From contig CAXMUI010000026.1 in the NCBI GenBank assembly GCA_964196475.1, forward strand, positions 1,058-65,057: a DNA stretch of 64,000 nt, in the 5' to 3' direction. The position numbers and the translations under genes were made by a program. The notes below the pieces were generated by a model. The model did not search any database. It was not told the origin of the DNA and worked only from the letters and a program-made list of their open reading frames with translations. This DNA comes from an uncultured Acidimicrobiia bacterium. GTDB taxonomy: Bacteria > Actinomycetota > Acidimicrobiia > Acidimicrobiales > JAHEJN01. Within the stretch, counting starts at the first letter, position 1, and the number at the start of each line of letters is the position of its first letter. Below are positions 26,458 to 36,784 of this stretch, piece by piece.

Positions 26458-27741
26458 ATGAGTGGAATATCTTCGTCCCAGCTTGCCCCTCGAAGTCTTC
26501 AACAAACGGCGGTAGCGCAGTTTCATCGCGCCGCTGATTTGGTAGACCTCAGCGAACCGTACCGGTCGATTCTGTCGCATCCGAAGAACGAGGTGATTGT
26601 TAACTTTCCCGTGCAACTCGACGACGGATCGTGGAGAATCTTTCGGGGCTATCGCATCCAGCACAACAACATCATTGGCCCATTCAAAGGTGGATTGCGG
26701 TTTCATCCCGACGTCAACTTGGACGAGGTGCGGGCCCTAGCAGCATGGATGACGTTCAAGTGTGCCCTAGTCGGGGTTCCCTTTGGCGGGGCCAAGGGAG
26801 GGGTCACCATAGACCCCCGCGACTACTCCGATTCTGAGATGGAGCGCATCGTCCGCCGTTTCACCCACGCCCTGGGATCAAACATCAGCCCAGAGCACGA
26901 CATCCCTGCCCCCGATGTCGGCACCAATGCCAAGATGATGGATTGGATCATGGATACCTACGCCAACATGGCGGGCCCTGGGCGCCGGCAGACACTGCGC
27001 GGTGTCGTCACTGGCAAGTCCGTGGCGGTCGGTGGTTCGTTGGGCCGAGAAGCAGCAACAGGTCAAGGTGTGCTGTACTCGTTGCGGCACTGGTGTGGCG
27101 AGACCGGTCGCCGACTGGACGAGCTTTCGATCTCGGTCCAAGGCTTCGGAAATGTCGGCGGTCACTTCGCCCGGCTAGCTCAGGAAGAAGGATGCGAAGT
27201 CCGCGTAATTGGCGATCACAGCGGCACGATCTATAACCCCGCAGGCATCGACGTAGCAGCCTTGGCCGAGTGGTGTGCGGTCAACGATGGCGTGGCGGGG
27301 TTCCCCGATGGCGAGGCGGTTGCTGCCGATTTCGTGTTCTCTGCTGATGTTGATGTGGTGGTGCCAGCGGCACTCCAAAATCAGCTCACGGTCGAGAGGG
27401 CACAAACAATGACTTGTGACCTTGTCATCGAGGCAGCGAATGGCCCCACAACACCCGAAGCCGAAATTCTGCTAGCCGAGAAGGGTATTCCGGTGGTCCC
27501 CGACATCTTGGCCAACGCGGGCGGTGTCATTGTTTCCTACTTCGAATGGCTACAGAATAAATCGTTTCAGTACTGGACCGAGGAAGAAGTAGACGATCGC
27601 CTTCGCTCCACCGTGTGGGACGCCCACGACGCGGTGCTGGTCATGAAGCACAAACTCCTATGCAGTCGACGCGAAGCCGCCTATGCCGTGGCGTTGGAAC
27701 GACTGGCCGACGTCCATGATCGTCGCGGCATATTCCCATAA
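26458..27741 (+). CDS. gdhA: NAD(P)-glutamate dehydrogenase (Glu/Leu/Phe/Val dehydrogenase family)
   Basis: 427 aa. FKGGLRFHP, the catalytic-Lys box VPFGGAKGG and the GFGNVG dinucleotide fold are present. Confidence 0.9.
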   Translation: MSGISSSQLAPRSLQQTAVAQFHRAADLVDLSEPYRSILSHPKNEVIVNFPVQLDDGSWRIFRGYRIQHNNIIGPFKGGLRFHPDVNLDEVRALAAWMTFKCALVGVPFGGAKGGVTIDPRDYSDSEMERIVRRFTHALGSNISPEHDIPAPDVGTNAKMMDWIMDTYANMAGPGRRQTLRGVVTGKSVAVGGSLGREAATGQGVLYSLRHWCGETGRRLDELSISVQGFGNVGGHFARLAQEEGCEVRVIGDHSGTIYNPAGIDVAALAEWCAVNDGVAGFPDGEAVAADFVFSADVDVVVPAALQNQLTVERAQTMTCDLVIEAANGPTTPEAEILLAEKGIPVVPDILANAGGVIVSYFEWLQNKSFQYWTEEEVDDRLRSTVWDAHDAVLVMKHKLLCSRREAAYAVALERLADVHDRRGIFP

Positions 27742-27813
27742 GCGGGTCGGAGTTGTTCACCGCAACGAAGCGATCGTTCGTCGGCCGTTCGTTATCGTTG
27801 GCGGCGAGTTGAA

Positions 27814-28755
27814 ATGGTGGATTTGACTAGTCAAACATGGCACGATCAGGGCATGTCGTCCCGTCAACTCATCAGCACCGCCGAAGGAAGCCGGACCGAG
27901 GCGTTCGGATCTTCGGAATGGGGACTGCTCGCCTTTGCTGGCATCACCTGGGGTGCATCCTTTCTCTTCATCGCCGAAGGACTCGAAGCTTTCACTCCAG
28001 CGCAGATTGGCTTCATACGCGTCGTCTTTGCTTTCGTTACGTTTGCGTTGGTACGCAAGGCAAGAGACACGAAGATCGACCGCGAAGACTGGCCACGTGT
28101 CGCGTTACTCGGTGTGTGCTGGATGGCGTTCCCCTTCTGGCTATTTCCATTGGCTGAACAGCGAGTTTCGTCTGGGCTTGCCGGGATGCTTAACGGAGCG
28201 GTCCCGCTATTCGCCGCTGGTATAGCCGCGTTGTTGTTGCGGCGACTTCCCGGCCGCAAACAAATGATGGGTCTCGGAGTGGGACTGGTAGGCCTGATTC
28301 TCATCGGACTACCGGCATTTGAAGGTGGTGGTAGTTCGACGATCGGTGTGCTGCTCATCCTGGTGGCTCTCATGTCCTACGGACTCTCAATTAATGTGTC
28401 CGTCCCTCTAACGCAGAAGTACGGTGCGCTACCCGTGTTGTGGCGCGCGCAGTTTGTTGCGTTATTGATTAGCGCCCCCGGAGCGGCGGTCGGACTGCAG
28501 ACATCACACTTTGAATGGGGTGCGTTTTTCGCCATGGTTGCGCTCGGTGTAGGTGGGACTGCATTGGCCTACGTAGCGATGACCACGCTGGCGGCAAGGG
28601 TGGGCTCCACCCGAGCCTCGGTCACCATCTACATTTCGCCACCCGTTGCGTTGTTGTTGGGCTACCAGTTCCGCGACGAACCGATCCAAGTCCTCAGTGT
28701 GATTGGCACGGTCATCGTTCTCGGAGGAGCCTGGTTGACGTCGCGCTCCGAGTAG
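27814..28755 (+). CDS. EamA/DMT-family transporter
   Basis: 313 aa with about 10 TM segments and duplicated EamA-like halves. An alternative start is the ATG at 27853. Confidence 0.8.
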   Translation: MVDLTSQTWHDQGMSSRQLISTAEGSRTEAFGSSEWGLLAFAGITWGASFLFIAEGLEAFTPAQIGFIRVVFAFVTFALVRKARDTKIDREDWPRVALLGVCWMAFPFWLFPLAEQRVSSGLAGMLNGAVPLFAAGIAALLLRRLPGRKQMMGLGVGLVGLILIGLPAFEGGGSSTIGVLLILVALMSYGLSINVSVPLTQKYGALPVLWRAQFVALLISAPGAAVGLQTSHFEWGAFFAMVALGVGGTALAYVAMTTLAARVGSTRASVTIYISPPVALLLGYQFRDEPIQVLSVIGTVIVLGGAWLTSRSE

Positions 28756-28766
28756 GTTGGGCCACC

Positions 28767-29366
28767 ATGTTTGCCAAAGAGATCGACACGTCCGCATCTA
28801 TTTATCCACTGCTGGCATCCCGCTGGAGTGGCGTGGCCTTCGACCCTGACCGCACCATTGGCGACGACGATCTTCGATCCATGATCGAAGCAGCACGCTG
28901 GGCTCCATCGGCTTTTGGTGATGAACCATGGCGGTTTGTGGTGTGCAACAAAGCAACAAGTCCGGAGAGTTGGCGCCGAGCATTCGAGTGCCTGGGCGAG
29001 GGCAATAAAGCGTGGTGTGAAAATGTACCCGTACTGTTGTTGGTGTGTCATGACACCGCGCTGACCCGCAATGACAAGCCCAACCCGTGGGCTCAGTACG
29101 ACGCGGGGGCTGCGTCGGTTTCCTTGGCGCTGCAGGCCGCGAGTCTGGGCATCATGGTGCACCAAATGGCTGGATTCGATACTGAAGCCGCTCGTGAGGT
29201 GTTCAATGTGCCGGAGCGCTACATCCCGCTGGTTATGGTTGCCGCTGGACACCAAGTAGCGGAGGCTGATATCGATGAGCGATTTGCCGATCGGGAGAAT
29301 AGACCTCGCGCTCGTAACCCCATCGGCGACAACTTCTTCGCCGGTACCTGGGGCGAGGCCTTCTAG
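28767..29366 (+). CDS. nitroreductase-family protein
   Basis: Start trimmed to the ATG at 28767. SRWSGVAFDP...MIEAARWAPSAFGDEPWRFVV is the typical nitroreductase N-terminus. Confidence 0.8.
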   Translation: MFAKEIDTSASIYPLLASRWSGVAFDPDRTIGDDDLRSMIEAARWAPSAFGDEPWRFVVCNKATSPESWRRAFECLGEGNKAWCENVPVLLLVCHDTALTRNDKPNPWAQYDAGAASVSLALQAASLGIMVHQMAGFDTEAAREVFNVPERYIPLVMVAAGHQVAEADIDERFADRENRPRARNPIGDNFFAGTWGEAF

Positions 29367-30277
29367 TTAGCAGCGGAAGATTTGGTGCTAGCAGTCACGA
29401 CGATGCTGACGCCGATAAGCACTAACACCCCGCCTACGAAGGCGCTTGATCTTAGAACCTCATCGCGGATGAGCCAGGCGAACACGACGCCGAACACCGG
29501 GATCATGTAGGCCGTCGATGCCGCTTGTGTCGGAGTGGCTTTTCTAACCAATAGTGCCAACAGTGCAAAGGTGATGGCGTTGGCTGGGATGGCGGCATAG
29601 AGCAGAGGACCAAAGAACCCCCATGACCAATCGGTCTCAGAGGTGCCTTCGGTGATGAGCGCAAACGGCAACAACATGCACGCCGACATGATCAATTGCA
29701 CGCCTACCAACATGATCGGACTTACCGCGCTGAAGTCCTTCCACTTCATGAACACGATGCCGTAGGCCCAAGCAAGGGCGGAGATGATCAGGGAAACCAC
29801 ACCGACGACGCTGACGGTCCCCGATAGTGACGGCGATGCCAACACGGCAATGCCGATGAAGCCGAGCATTAGTCCACCTGTTGCGATGCGGGTGACCCGA
29901 GATCCAAGGATAAAGAAGCTCAGGCAAGCAACAAACAGGGGAGTAGTACTGGAAATGAGGGCAGCAAACCCGGCTGGTACTCGGCTGATGCCATAGACCA
30001 GAAGACCGCTGGACAATGTAGTGATGGACAGGCCGACGACGAAGATGCGTTTCAGGATGGTGGGGTCCCTTGGGATCGTCTCGCGGCGCACCAACGCCAA
30101 AACAATAAGGAACGTGCCGCCAAAAATCGTGCGTCCCGCAGCGAACAACATGGGCGTGGTGTGATCGAGGCCAAATTTTATGATCGAAAAGTTGGCACCA
30201 ATCAAAGCAGCCACCAAAACGATCGTGGCCAGAACCGCTCGGGGTGTGGCGGCTGGGTTCGCTGTCGGGGTGGTCAT
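29363..30277 (-). CDS. EamA/DMT-family transporter
   Basis: The ORF-track N-terminus (to 30493) overlaps the upstream gene. Trimmed to the ATG at 30277 (MTTPTANP...). Polytopic protein with EamA repeats. Confidence 0.75.
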   Translation of the reverse strand: MTTPTANPAATPRAVLATIVLVAALIGANFSIIKFGLDHTTPMLFAAGRTIFGGTFLIVLALVRRETIPRDPTILKRIFVVGLSITTLSSGLLVYGISRVPAGFAALISSTTPLFVACLSFFILGSRVTRIATGGLMLGFIGIAVLASPSLSGTVSVVGVVSLIISALAWAYGIVFMKWKDFSAVSPIMLVGVQLIMSACMLLPFALITEGTSETDWSWGFFGPLLYAAIPANAITFALLALLVRKATPTQAASTAYMIPVFGVVFAWLIRDEVLRSSAFVGGVLVLIGVSIVVTASTKSSAAN

Positions 30278-30317
30278 GGACCCACTTGACCATGAGTGGA
30301 CCGCGTTGCGAGGGTGC

Positions 30318-31319
30318 TCATCCCAGGATTGCGGAGGTGAATTCTTGGTGGCCAACCACGAGTTCGTCGGCATTGAGAATCTCGGGATTTGTCCAATCCG
30401 CCAACTGCCCGGCCTCATCGGCGGTGAGCAAGTCGAACCGCTGCAGAAGGGCAAGGACGGCGGGTTCGCGGGCCCGCTCGCCGGCGTCGTCAATTTTTAT
30501 TACCAAGCCGCGATTCGCGCCCACAGCACCCACAAAGTAAACCCCTTCAGCTCCGCTCTTGGCGAACAACCGACCGTTTGTGACCCTTATTAGATCGGTG
30601 CAGAGGCGTCCGACCGAACCGGCGATTAATTCGGGGTAGGTCTTAGCGGCATCGGTAATACGTTGGCATGCCGCGACGCGTGACGGCGCGAGCATCGCCA
30701 TCTCGGGGCTGGTAATGCGGGCGATACCTGCAGCCATGGCTCGTAGTGGAAGGCGGAATGTGGGGGCGCTGCATCCATCGATGGCACGCGTGACCGTCGA
30801 CGGGTCGGCTCCGGTGATTTCGAGAACCGCTTGATGAACCAGCATTTGGACCACCCCGCCGAACGCCAAATAATCACCCGGCTCTGCATTCAGGTGCTGC
30901 GATAGGGCAAGGAAACCAGCGTGTTTCGCCGAACAGCAATGCATGATCCGCTGCTTTTCGGCCGTGGGTGCGCTGAGAAATGGTGCTGCGGGTCCACATT
31001 GCAATGCGTCAACGCCCAGGCCAATGGCCGTAAGTGTTTTACTGACGGCCGCAACGTGTTGCGCTTCGCCGGAGTGCGAGGACACCGCACCGGCAATGGA
31101 TTGGTTCGACAAATCGAAAGCATCGGCTGCGCCTGACTCGATCAGAGGCAGAGCTTGGAAACTCTTGGTAGCGCTGCGACCAAAGACCAACTGTTCGGGT
31201 TCGCCCGCATGGGCAAGCACTGTTCCAGACGTGTCGGCGAGGACCCACGCGCCGCGGTGGATCGATTCGACCCCATCGCCGCGCCAGCGCCGAACAATAA
31301 CAGGATTGGTGTCGATCAT
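30318..31319 (-). CDS. asparaginase II family protein (PF06089-like)
   Basis: 333 aa. VESIHRGAWVLAD...FGRSATKSFQALPLIESGA matches the rhizobial-type asparaginase family pattern. Confidence 0.75.
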   Translation of the reverse strand: MIDTNPVIVRRWRGDGVESIHRGAWVLADTSGTVLAHAGEPEQLVFGRSATKSFQALPLIESGAADAFDLSNQSIAGAVSSHSGEAQHVAAVSKTLTAIGLGVDALQCGPAAPFLSAPTAEKQRIMHCCSAKHAGFLALSQHLNAEPGDYLAFGGVVQMLVHQAVLEITGADPSTVTRAIDGCSAPTFRLPLRAMAAGIARITSPEMAMLAPSRVAACQRITDAAKTYPELIAGSVGRLCTDLIRVTNGRLFAKSGAEGVYFVGAVGANRGLVIKIDDAGERAREPAVLALLQRFDLLTADEAGQLADWTNPEILNADELVVGHQEFTSAILG

Positions 31320-31392
31320 CTCGTCAGCCTAATTCCCTCAAACCAGGGAGAAGTATTCAGTGTTGTTGAGACTCCCGCATTAGGGTCACAGC

Positions 31393-32760
31393 ATGGAAAT
31401 CGCTGATTCGGTACTCGATCTCATAGGGAACACACCTTTGGTGCGGTTTCGGCGCGTGGTTGACGACATTTCCTGTCCAGTCGTTGCCAAAGTTGAGACA
31501 ACAAACCCCGGAGGATCGGCTAAGGACCGACCGGCGCTGGCCATGATTCTTGCTGCTGAAGAAGCAGGCCTAATCAAGCCAGGCGGTACGATCGTTGAAC
31601 CCACGTCGGGCAATACCGGGGTGGGTCTGGCCATTGTGGCAGCGCAACGTGGTTATAAATGCGTGTTTGTAACGACCGACAAAGTTGGCCCAGAAAAGAC
31701 TTCCCTCCTCGAGGCCTACGGCGCCGAAGTCATTGTGTGCCCGGTTGCTGTTGCTCCTGACGATCCGCAGTCGTACTACAGCACTGCCGCACGATTGGCC
31801 AAGGAAATTCCGGATGCTTTTCGCCCCGATCAGTACTCCAACCTCGCCAACCCCCAAGCGCACTACGACACGACGGGGCCAGAGATTTGGCGCCAGACGG
31901 ACGGAAAGATCACCCACTTTGTTTGTGGCGTAGGAACCGGAGGAACGATCTCCGGAATTGGGCGCTATCTCAAAGAGCAGAACCCCGACATCAAGATTGT
32001 GGCGGCTGACCCTGAGGGTTCGGTGTACAGCGGAGGTTCTGGCCGGCCGTACCTGGTCGAAGGTGTAGGCGAAGATTTTTGGCCGACCACATACGACACG
32101 TCTGTGGTTGACATGACAATCGCCATCAGCGACGCCGACAGCTTTAGCACCGCACGCCGAGTCAGTCGCGAAGAAGGCCTACTTATCGGAGGCTCGTGTG
32201 GCACGGCTGTGGCAGCTGCCCTGCAACTGGCTGCGGGATGCACAGGTGATCATCTTGTTGTCGTGCTCATCCCTGATTCCGGGCGTGGCTATCTCAGCAC
32301 GGTGTTTAACGAAAAATGGATGGCAACGTTCGGCTTCATCACCAGCGAGGGTGCGGTGGTAGGCGACGTGCTTGGTGGCCGGAGAACCAACATCAAGAAT
32401 CTTGAATATGTCCAGCCCGAGGACTCGGTACGTAGTGTTATCGGCGTGCTCCGTGGTCTGGATATTTCGCAGATTCCAGTAGCAAAAGGTGAGTGGCCCT
32501 TGTCGGCGGCCGAGGTCGTAGGGTCGCTTGACGAGTTGCACCTTATGGAACGAGCCTTCGAAGACGAGGGTTTGTTAGATAGGCAGGTTTCGGAGGTCAT
32601 GCAGCCCCCGCTGACTACTATCGGGATCGGTCAACCGGTGCATATGGCTGTCGAAAAGCTCGACTCCTGCCAAGCACTACTTGTTCTCGACGGTGGGCGT
32701 CCGCACGCCGTCATCACCCGTAGCGATCTGCTGCGCTTTGTCTCACCGGAGGAATCCTGA
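31393..32760 (+). CDS. cbs: cystathionine beta-synthase (PLP domain plus CBS pair)
   Basis: 455 aa. NPGGSAKDRPA (PLP Lys), the GTGGTISG loop and a C-terminal Bateman domain are present. Confidence 0.85.
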   Translation: MEIADSVLDLIGNTPLVRFRRVVDDISCPVVAKVETTNPGGSAKDRPALAMILAAEEAGLIKPGGTIVEPTSGNTGVGLAIVAAQRGYKCVFVTTDKVGPEKTSLLEAYGAEVIVCPVAVAPDDPQSYYSTAARLAKEIPDAFRPDQYSNLANPQAHYDTTGPEIWRQTDGKITHFVCGVGTGGTISGIGRYLKEQNPDIKIVAADPEGSVYSGGSGRPYLVEGVGEDFWPTTYDTSVVDMTIAISDADSFSTARRVSREEGLLIGGSCGTAVAAALQLAAGCTGDHLVVVLIPDSGRGYLSTVFNEKWMATFGFITSEGAVVGDVLGGRRTNIKNLEYVQPEDSVRSVIGVLRGLDISQIPVAKGEWPLSAAEVVGSLDELHLMERAFEDEGLLDRQVSEVMQPPLTTIGIGQPVHMAVEKLDSCQALLVLDGGRPHAVITRSDLLRFVSPEES

Positions 32761-33923
32761 TGGCTAATCCAACGGGTGGCGAGGCTTGGGGTTTCGAAAC
32801 CCGAGCCATCCACGCTGGTTATGAACCCGACCCAACCACTGGCGCTGTTGTGGTGCCAATTTCGTTGTCGACTACTTTCGCGCAAGAGGGCGTCGGCAAT
32901 CACAAGGGGTACGAATATTCGCGCAGCGGTAACCCCACTCGTACGGCGCTCGAAGAATGCGTGGCATCGCTGGAAGGAGCCACCACCGGGTTGTCATTTG
33001 CCAGCGGTCTGGCCGCCGAAGATGCCATCTTGAGACTGCTGCGCCCGGGTGATCATCTTCTGCTCGGAAACGATGCGTACGGCGGAACTTTCCGCCTTAT
33101 CGACGCAGTTTTCGCCGATTGGGGTATTACCTATACGCCGGTTGATCTCAACGATCTCGATGGCATCGAAGCGGCGATGCAGGACAACACCAAGATGGTG
33201 TGGCTCGAAACCCCAACTAATCCCAATCTCACCGTTTTTGACATTGCGGCAGTAGCTTCGATCGCCCGAAGTCACGGCGCTATAGCGGTTGTTGACAACA
33301 CTTTTGCTACGCCTTACCTGCAACAGCCGTTGTCGCTTGGTGCCGACATTGTGTTGCACTCCGCTACCAAATATCTCGGTGGTCATTCTGACGTCGTTGG
33401 AGGCTTTGTTGCAGTGAGCGACGAGTCGCTCGCTGAACGGCTCCGGTACCTGCAAAACGCTGCTGGCGCAGTACCTGCCCCGTTTGATTGTTATCTCACT
33501 TTGCGCGGGGTCCGCACGTTGTCGGTTCGGGTTGATCGGTCTTGCGACAACGCTGAAGCCATCGTCGACTTTTTGGTAGGTCACCCGGCCGTGGAGACGG
33601 TTTTGTACCCGGGTCTTGAAGGCCACATCGGTCACGAAGTTGCCAAACGTCAGATGAAACGTTTCGGCGGCATGATCAGCTTTGTGATGAAGGGTGGTAA
33701 AGATGCCGCCCACAAGGTGGCCGAGACTACTGAACTGTTTACCTTGGCTGAGTCCCTGGGAGCGGTGGAGTCGTTGATCGAAGTGCCAGCGGCAATGACG
33801 CATATGTCCACCACGAACTCGCCTCTCGAAGTCGATGCCGGGCTTGTGCGCTTGTCTGTCGGAATTGAGTCCGGCGACGACCTGCTTGCCGACCTTCGAG
33901 CAGCGTTAGATGCGGTACGTTAG
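32760..33923 (+). CDS. cystathionine gamma-lyase / gamma-synthase family PLP enzyme
   Basis: 387 aa. YSRSGNPTR, DNTFATPYLQQPL and HSATKYLGGHSD (PLP Lys) are present. The start overlaps the cbs stop. Confidence 0.85.
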   Translation: MANPTGGEAWGFETRAIHAGYEPDPTTGAVVVPISLSTTFAQEGVGNHKGYEYSRSGNPTRTALEECVASLEGATTGLSFASGLAAEDAILRLLRPGDHLLLGNDAYGGTFRLIDAVFADWGITYTPVDLNDLDGIEAAMQDNTKMVWLETPTNPNLTVFDIAAVASIARSHGAIAVVDNTFATPYLQQPLSLGADIVLHSATKYLGGHSDVVGGFVAVSDESLAERLRYLQNAAGAVPAPFDCYLTLRGVRTLSVRVDRSCDNAEAIVDFLVGHPAVETVLYPGLEGHIGHEVAKRQMKRFGGMISFVMKGGKDAAHKVAETTELFTLAESLGAVESLIEVPAAMTHMSTTNSPLEVDAGLVRLSVGIESGDDLLADLRAALDAVR

Positions 33924-34059
33924 CTGCATCCACATCGGGCGGTGCAGCTAACGTTGGAACTTGCTTGCACAGGTGGGCACAGGGTATTTCGGCCCATAGT
34001 CCAGTAAGACGACAATTTTTGTAAAGACGCCTTTACTATTTGTCTTTCGTGGCGTTACC

Positions 34060-35133
34060 GTGCAGATAATGAAACCACGAATTGCCGCTGTGCTTCTGAC
34101 CATCGCTATCTTCGCGTCCGCATGCGGCAGTGCATCGACCAACGTAACCGGGGTTGCTGGCGACATATATGGCGGCGAATGTGCAGACCGTGTTGACGAA
34201 TCGGTCACCGTCTACTCGGGACGAGCAGAAAACTTACTCGCTCCGGTTCTCGATGCCTTCCAATGCGAGACAGGGATCGATGTTGAGGTCCGGTGGGGTA
34301 GTTCCACCGATCTTGCATTGCTGCTCGCCGAAGAAGGCGACAAAACTAGTGCCGACGTTTTCTTATCCAAATCACCCGGGCCCGTCGGTTTTCTCGAATC
34401 CAAGGACCTCCTTGGGATGATCAGCCAGGACGTTCTGGATCTGGTTGAACCGCAGAATCGGTCGGCCGAAGGACGATGGGTCGGTTTCTCCGGACGCAAA
34501 CGAGTTCTCGTTGCCAACCTCGACGCGGTTGAAGACTCCGAACTCCCAGAGTCGGTGTTCGACCTCACTGACCCCCTGTATAAGGGTCGTGTCGCCATAG
34601 CAGCTACCAATGGTTCGTTCCTCGATTGGTTCACGGTATTCCGCGATCAATTCGGCACCGAGACTGCCACCGAATGGCTGGATGCCATGGTCGAAAACGA
34701 TGCGCACTCCTACGCCAACAATCGGGCAATTGTCTCGGCGGTTGGCCTCGGCGAAGTCGACATGGGGCTAGTGAATCATTACTACAATTATCAAGTTGCG
34801 GCTGCCGAGGGCGAAAGTCACCGAGCGCAGAACCACGACCTTGGTGATGATGATATTGGTTCGCTCTTGATCATCACCGCAGCGTCTGTTACGCAGACTA
34901 GTGAGAACGATCCAGTGGCGGAACAACTCCTTAGCTATCTGCTCTCAACCCCAGTTCAGGAGTATTTCACCAACGAAACGTTCGAATACCCGCTTGCTTC
35001 GGGTGTTGCCTTAAACCCAGTCCTCCCCGAACTTGTCGCCCTTGAAATCGGGTCCGTCGATTTTGATGCCCTAGGTGGTGGCTTTGAGGAGACCCTCGCA
35101 ATCATCGAGGCAAGCGGCATTTTGAATCAGTGA
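34060..35133 (+). CDS. Fe(3+)-type ABC transporter substrate-binding lipoprotein
   Basis: Lipoprotein signal MKPRIAAVLLTIAIFASAC, so the ATG at 34069 may be the true start. VTVYSGRAENLLAPVLDAF and VNHYYNY are typical of FbpA/AfuA-like binders. Confidence 0.8.
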   Translation: MQIMKPRIAAVLLTIAIFASACGSASTNVTGVAGDIYGGECADRVDESVTVYSGRAENLLAPVLDAFQCETGIDVEVRWGSSTDLALLLAEEGDKTSADVFLSKSPGPVGFLESKDLLGMISQDVLDLVEPQNRSAEGRWVGFSGRKRVLVANLDAVEDSELPESVFDLTDPLYKGRVAIAATNGSFLDWFTVFRDQFGTETATEWLDAMVENDAHSYANNRAIVSAVGLGEVDMGLVNHYYNYQVAAAEGESHRAQNHDLGDDDIGSLLIITAASVTQTSENDPVAEQLLSYLLSTPVQEYFTNETFEYPLASGVALNPVLPELVALEIGSVDFDALGGGFEETLAIIEASGILNQ

Positions 35134-36749
35134 TGCCAGGGTTGTTGAAGTTGCCCCAGAGGTCGCCTCGTAAATCGGGACCGAGCTTCGTACTGCGATC
35201 ACTAAGCATGATCGTCGTCATTGGGTTCGCATTTCCCGCGTCCTATTTGGTGTGGCGAAACTTCACCGATGGTGGACAACCCTTCGATCTACTGACTTCG
35301 CGCCGGACAACCGAGCCGCTGATTCGCACACTCAAGCTTGCGTTTGCTGTATCGCTGACGTCGATGTTGTTGGGGTCCTGCCTTGCCTGGCTTACGGCCC
35401 GAACCGATCTTCCGCTGTTGCGGTTCTGGCGAGTCATTCTCCCGGTGCCATTGGTTTTCCCGACGTTCATAGGCGCAGCGGCATTCATTCGCACATTCGC
35501 TCCTGGGGGACTAGCCCACCAAGCCTTGGGGTGGGTTGGTATTGACGCTGTGTTGCAATTCCGTGGATTCTTCGGGGCCTGGTTCGTGCTGACGCTCTTT
35601 ACCTATCCCTATGTGTACCTCCCTGTAAGTTCACGGTTTCGGCAACTGCCATCATCAATGGAAGAGAGTGCTCGACTGCTGGGCGATGCGCCGTTTACTA
35701 TGTTTCGCCGCGTCATCTTGCCCCAGACCGCCGGCGCTATCGGCGCCGGGACACTCCTGGTTTTTTTGTACACCATCAGTGACTTTGGTGCGGTGCAACT
35801 CCTCCGCTACGACACGTTAACGCGAGCAATTGCTACCAACCAGCTGGCCAACCCACCTGCGGCGTTGGCCCTCAGTTTGGCGCTTCTGATCCTGGCGGCG
35901 ATAGTCGTCTCGGCCGAACGGGCTACCTCTCGACGGCTACCGACATTTGGGGATACCCAAGCTGGTCGTACGGTTCGTTATTCATTAGGCAGGTGGAAGG
36001 CTCCGTCGATTGGCCTGGCAACTCTTGCGGCTGGCCTGGGCGTTGTGGCGCCATTCGTTGCGCTGCTCGATTGGGCATCTGGGGCGTTGAATCCTGGGAG
36101 TCGAGGTCTCACCGTCGACACCGGAAAGGTTGTGGACGCTACGTGGAACACACTGCATATTAGTGTTCTTGCTGCAGTAGCAGCGATCTTGGCCGTGTTA
36201 CCGATCGCTTTGCTCGTTGGTCGGTATCAGACCCGTGGCGGGGCGTTCGCCCATGCCGTAGTGATCTCGTCGTTCGCGCTTCCCGGCATCTTGATTGCCC
36301 TTGCCATGCGGTTTTGGACTCTGCGATCAGATGTCGCGTTCGACCTGTTCAGCGACACCAAAGCGTTGCTTGTTTTTGCCTACGTCGTACGTTTCGGTTC
36401 ATTGGCTATGGGTGTAACGCTGCTAGCGGTGAAGGCGGTCCCTCAACAACTCAATGATGCTGCCCGGATACTTGGAGCCACGTCATTTCGCCGGTTTGTG
36501 TCCATTGACCTTCCCCTAATGCGACCAGGTCTTTTGGCGGCTGCTGGTCTGGTGCTGCTCTCGACCATGAAAGAACTGCCCATCAGCCTGCTAATTGCCC
36601 CGCTCGGATTCTCGACGCTAACGACACGCACATTCTCTTCGTTCGAAGAGGCATTTGTCGTCGAGGCGGGAATTATGGCAGTCGTATTGGTTGTCCTCTC
36701 CTTCGTACTTTCGTGGGCACTCGTACTCCGTAGGGCCGATGATCTCTAG
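35130..36749 (+). CDS. iron ABC transporter permease (duplicated FbpB-type)
   Basis: 539 aa with two permease halves. The start overlaps the stop of the binding-protein gene. Confidence 0.8.
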   Translation: MMPGLLKLPQRSPRKSGPSFVLRSLSMIVVIGFAFPASYLVWRNFTDGGQPFDLLTSRRTTEPLIRTLKLAFAVSLTSMLLGSCLAWLTARTDLPLLRFWRVILPVPLVFPTFIGAAAFIRTFAPGGLAHQALGWVGIDAVLQFRGFFGAWFVLTLFTYPYVYLPVSSRFRQLPSSMEESARLLGDAPFTMFRRVILPQTAGAIGAGTLLVFLYTISDFGAVQLLRYDTLTRAIATNQLANPPAALALSLALLILAAIVVSAERATSRRLPTFGDTQAGRTVRYSLGRWKAPSIGLATLAAGLGVVAPFVALLDWASGALNPGSRGLTVDTGKVVDATWNTLHISVLAAVAAILAVLPIALLVGRYQTRGGAFAHAVVISSFALPGILIALAMRFWTLRSDVAFDLFSDTKALLVFAYVVRFGSLAMGVTLLAVKAVPQQLNDAARILGATSFRRFVSIDLPLMRPGLLAAAGLVLLSTMKELPISLLIAPLGFSTLTTRTFSSFEEAFVVEAGIMAVVLVVLSFVLSWALVLRRADDL

Positions 36750-36784
36750 GTCAGTTAGTTCCCGATGTTTGGTCTGCTAGTGGT

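Noticed and set aside
26239-26706. 155-aa minus-strand ORF upstream of and into gdh
   Set aside because: It overlaps the well-supported gdh N-terminus by ~250 nt and has an odd composition with no recognisable motif.
33922-33949. AGCTGCA-N14-TGCAGCT hairpin after the cystathionine gamma-lyase gene as a terminator
   Set aside because: It has only a 7-bp stem with a 14-nt loop and no U-tract, which is too weak to call.
34061-34080. GATAATGAAA, a half Fur-box-like string at the iron transporter start
   Set aside because: Only half a box is present, and it overlaps the start codons (GTG CAG ATA ATG). This is more simply explained as coding sequence.
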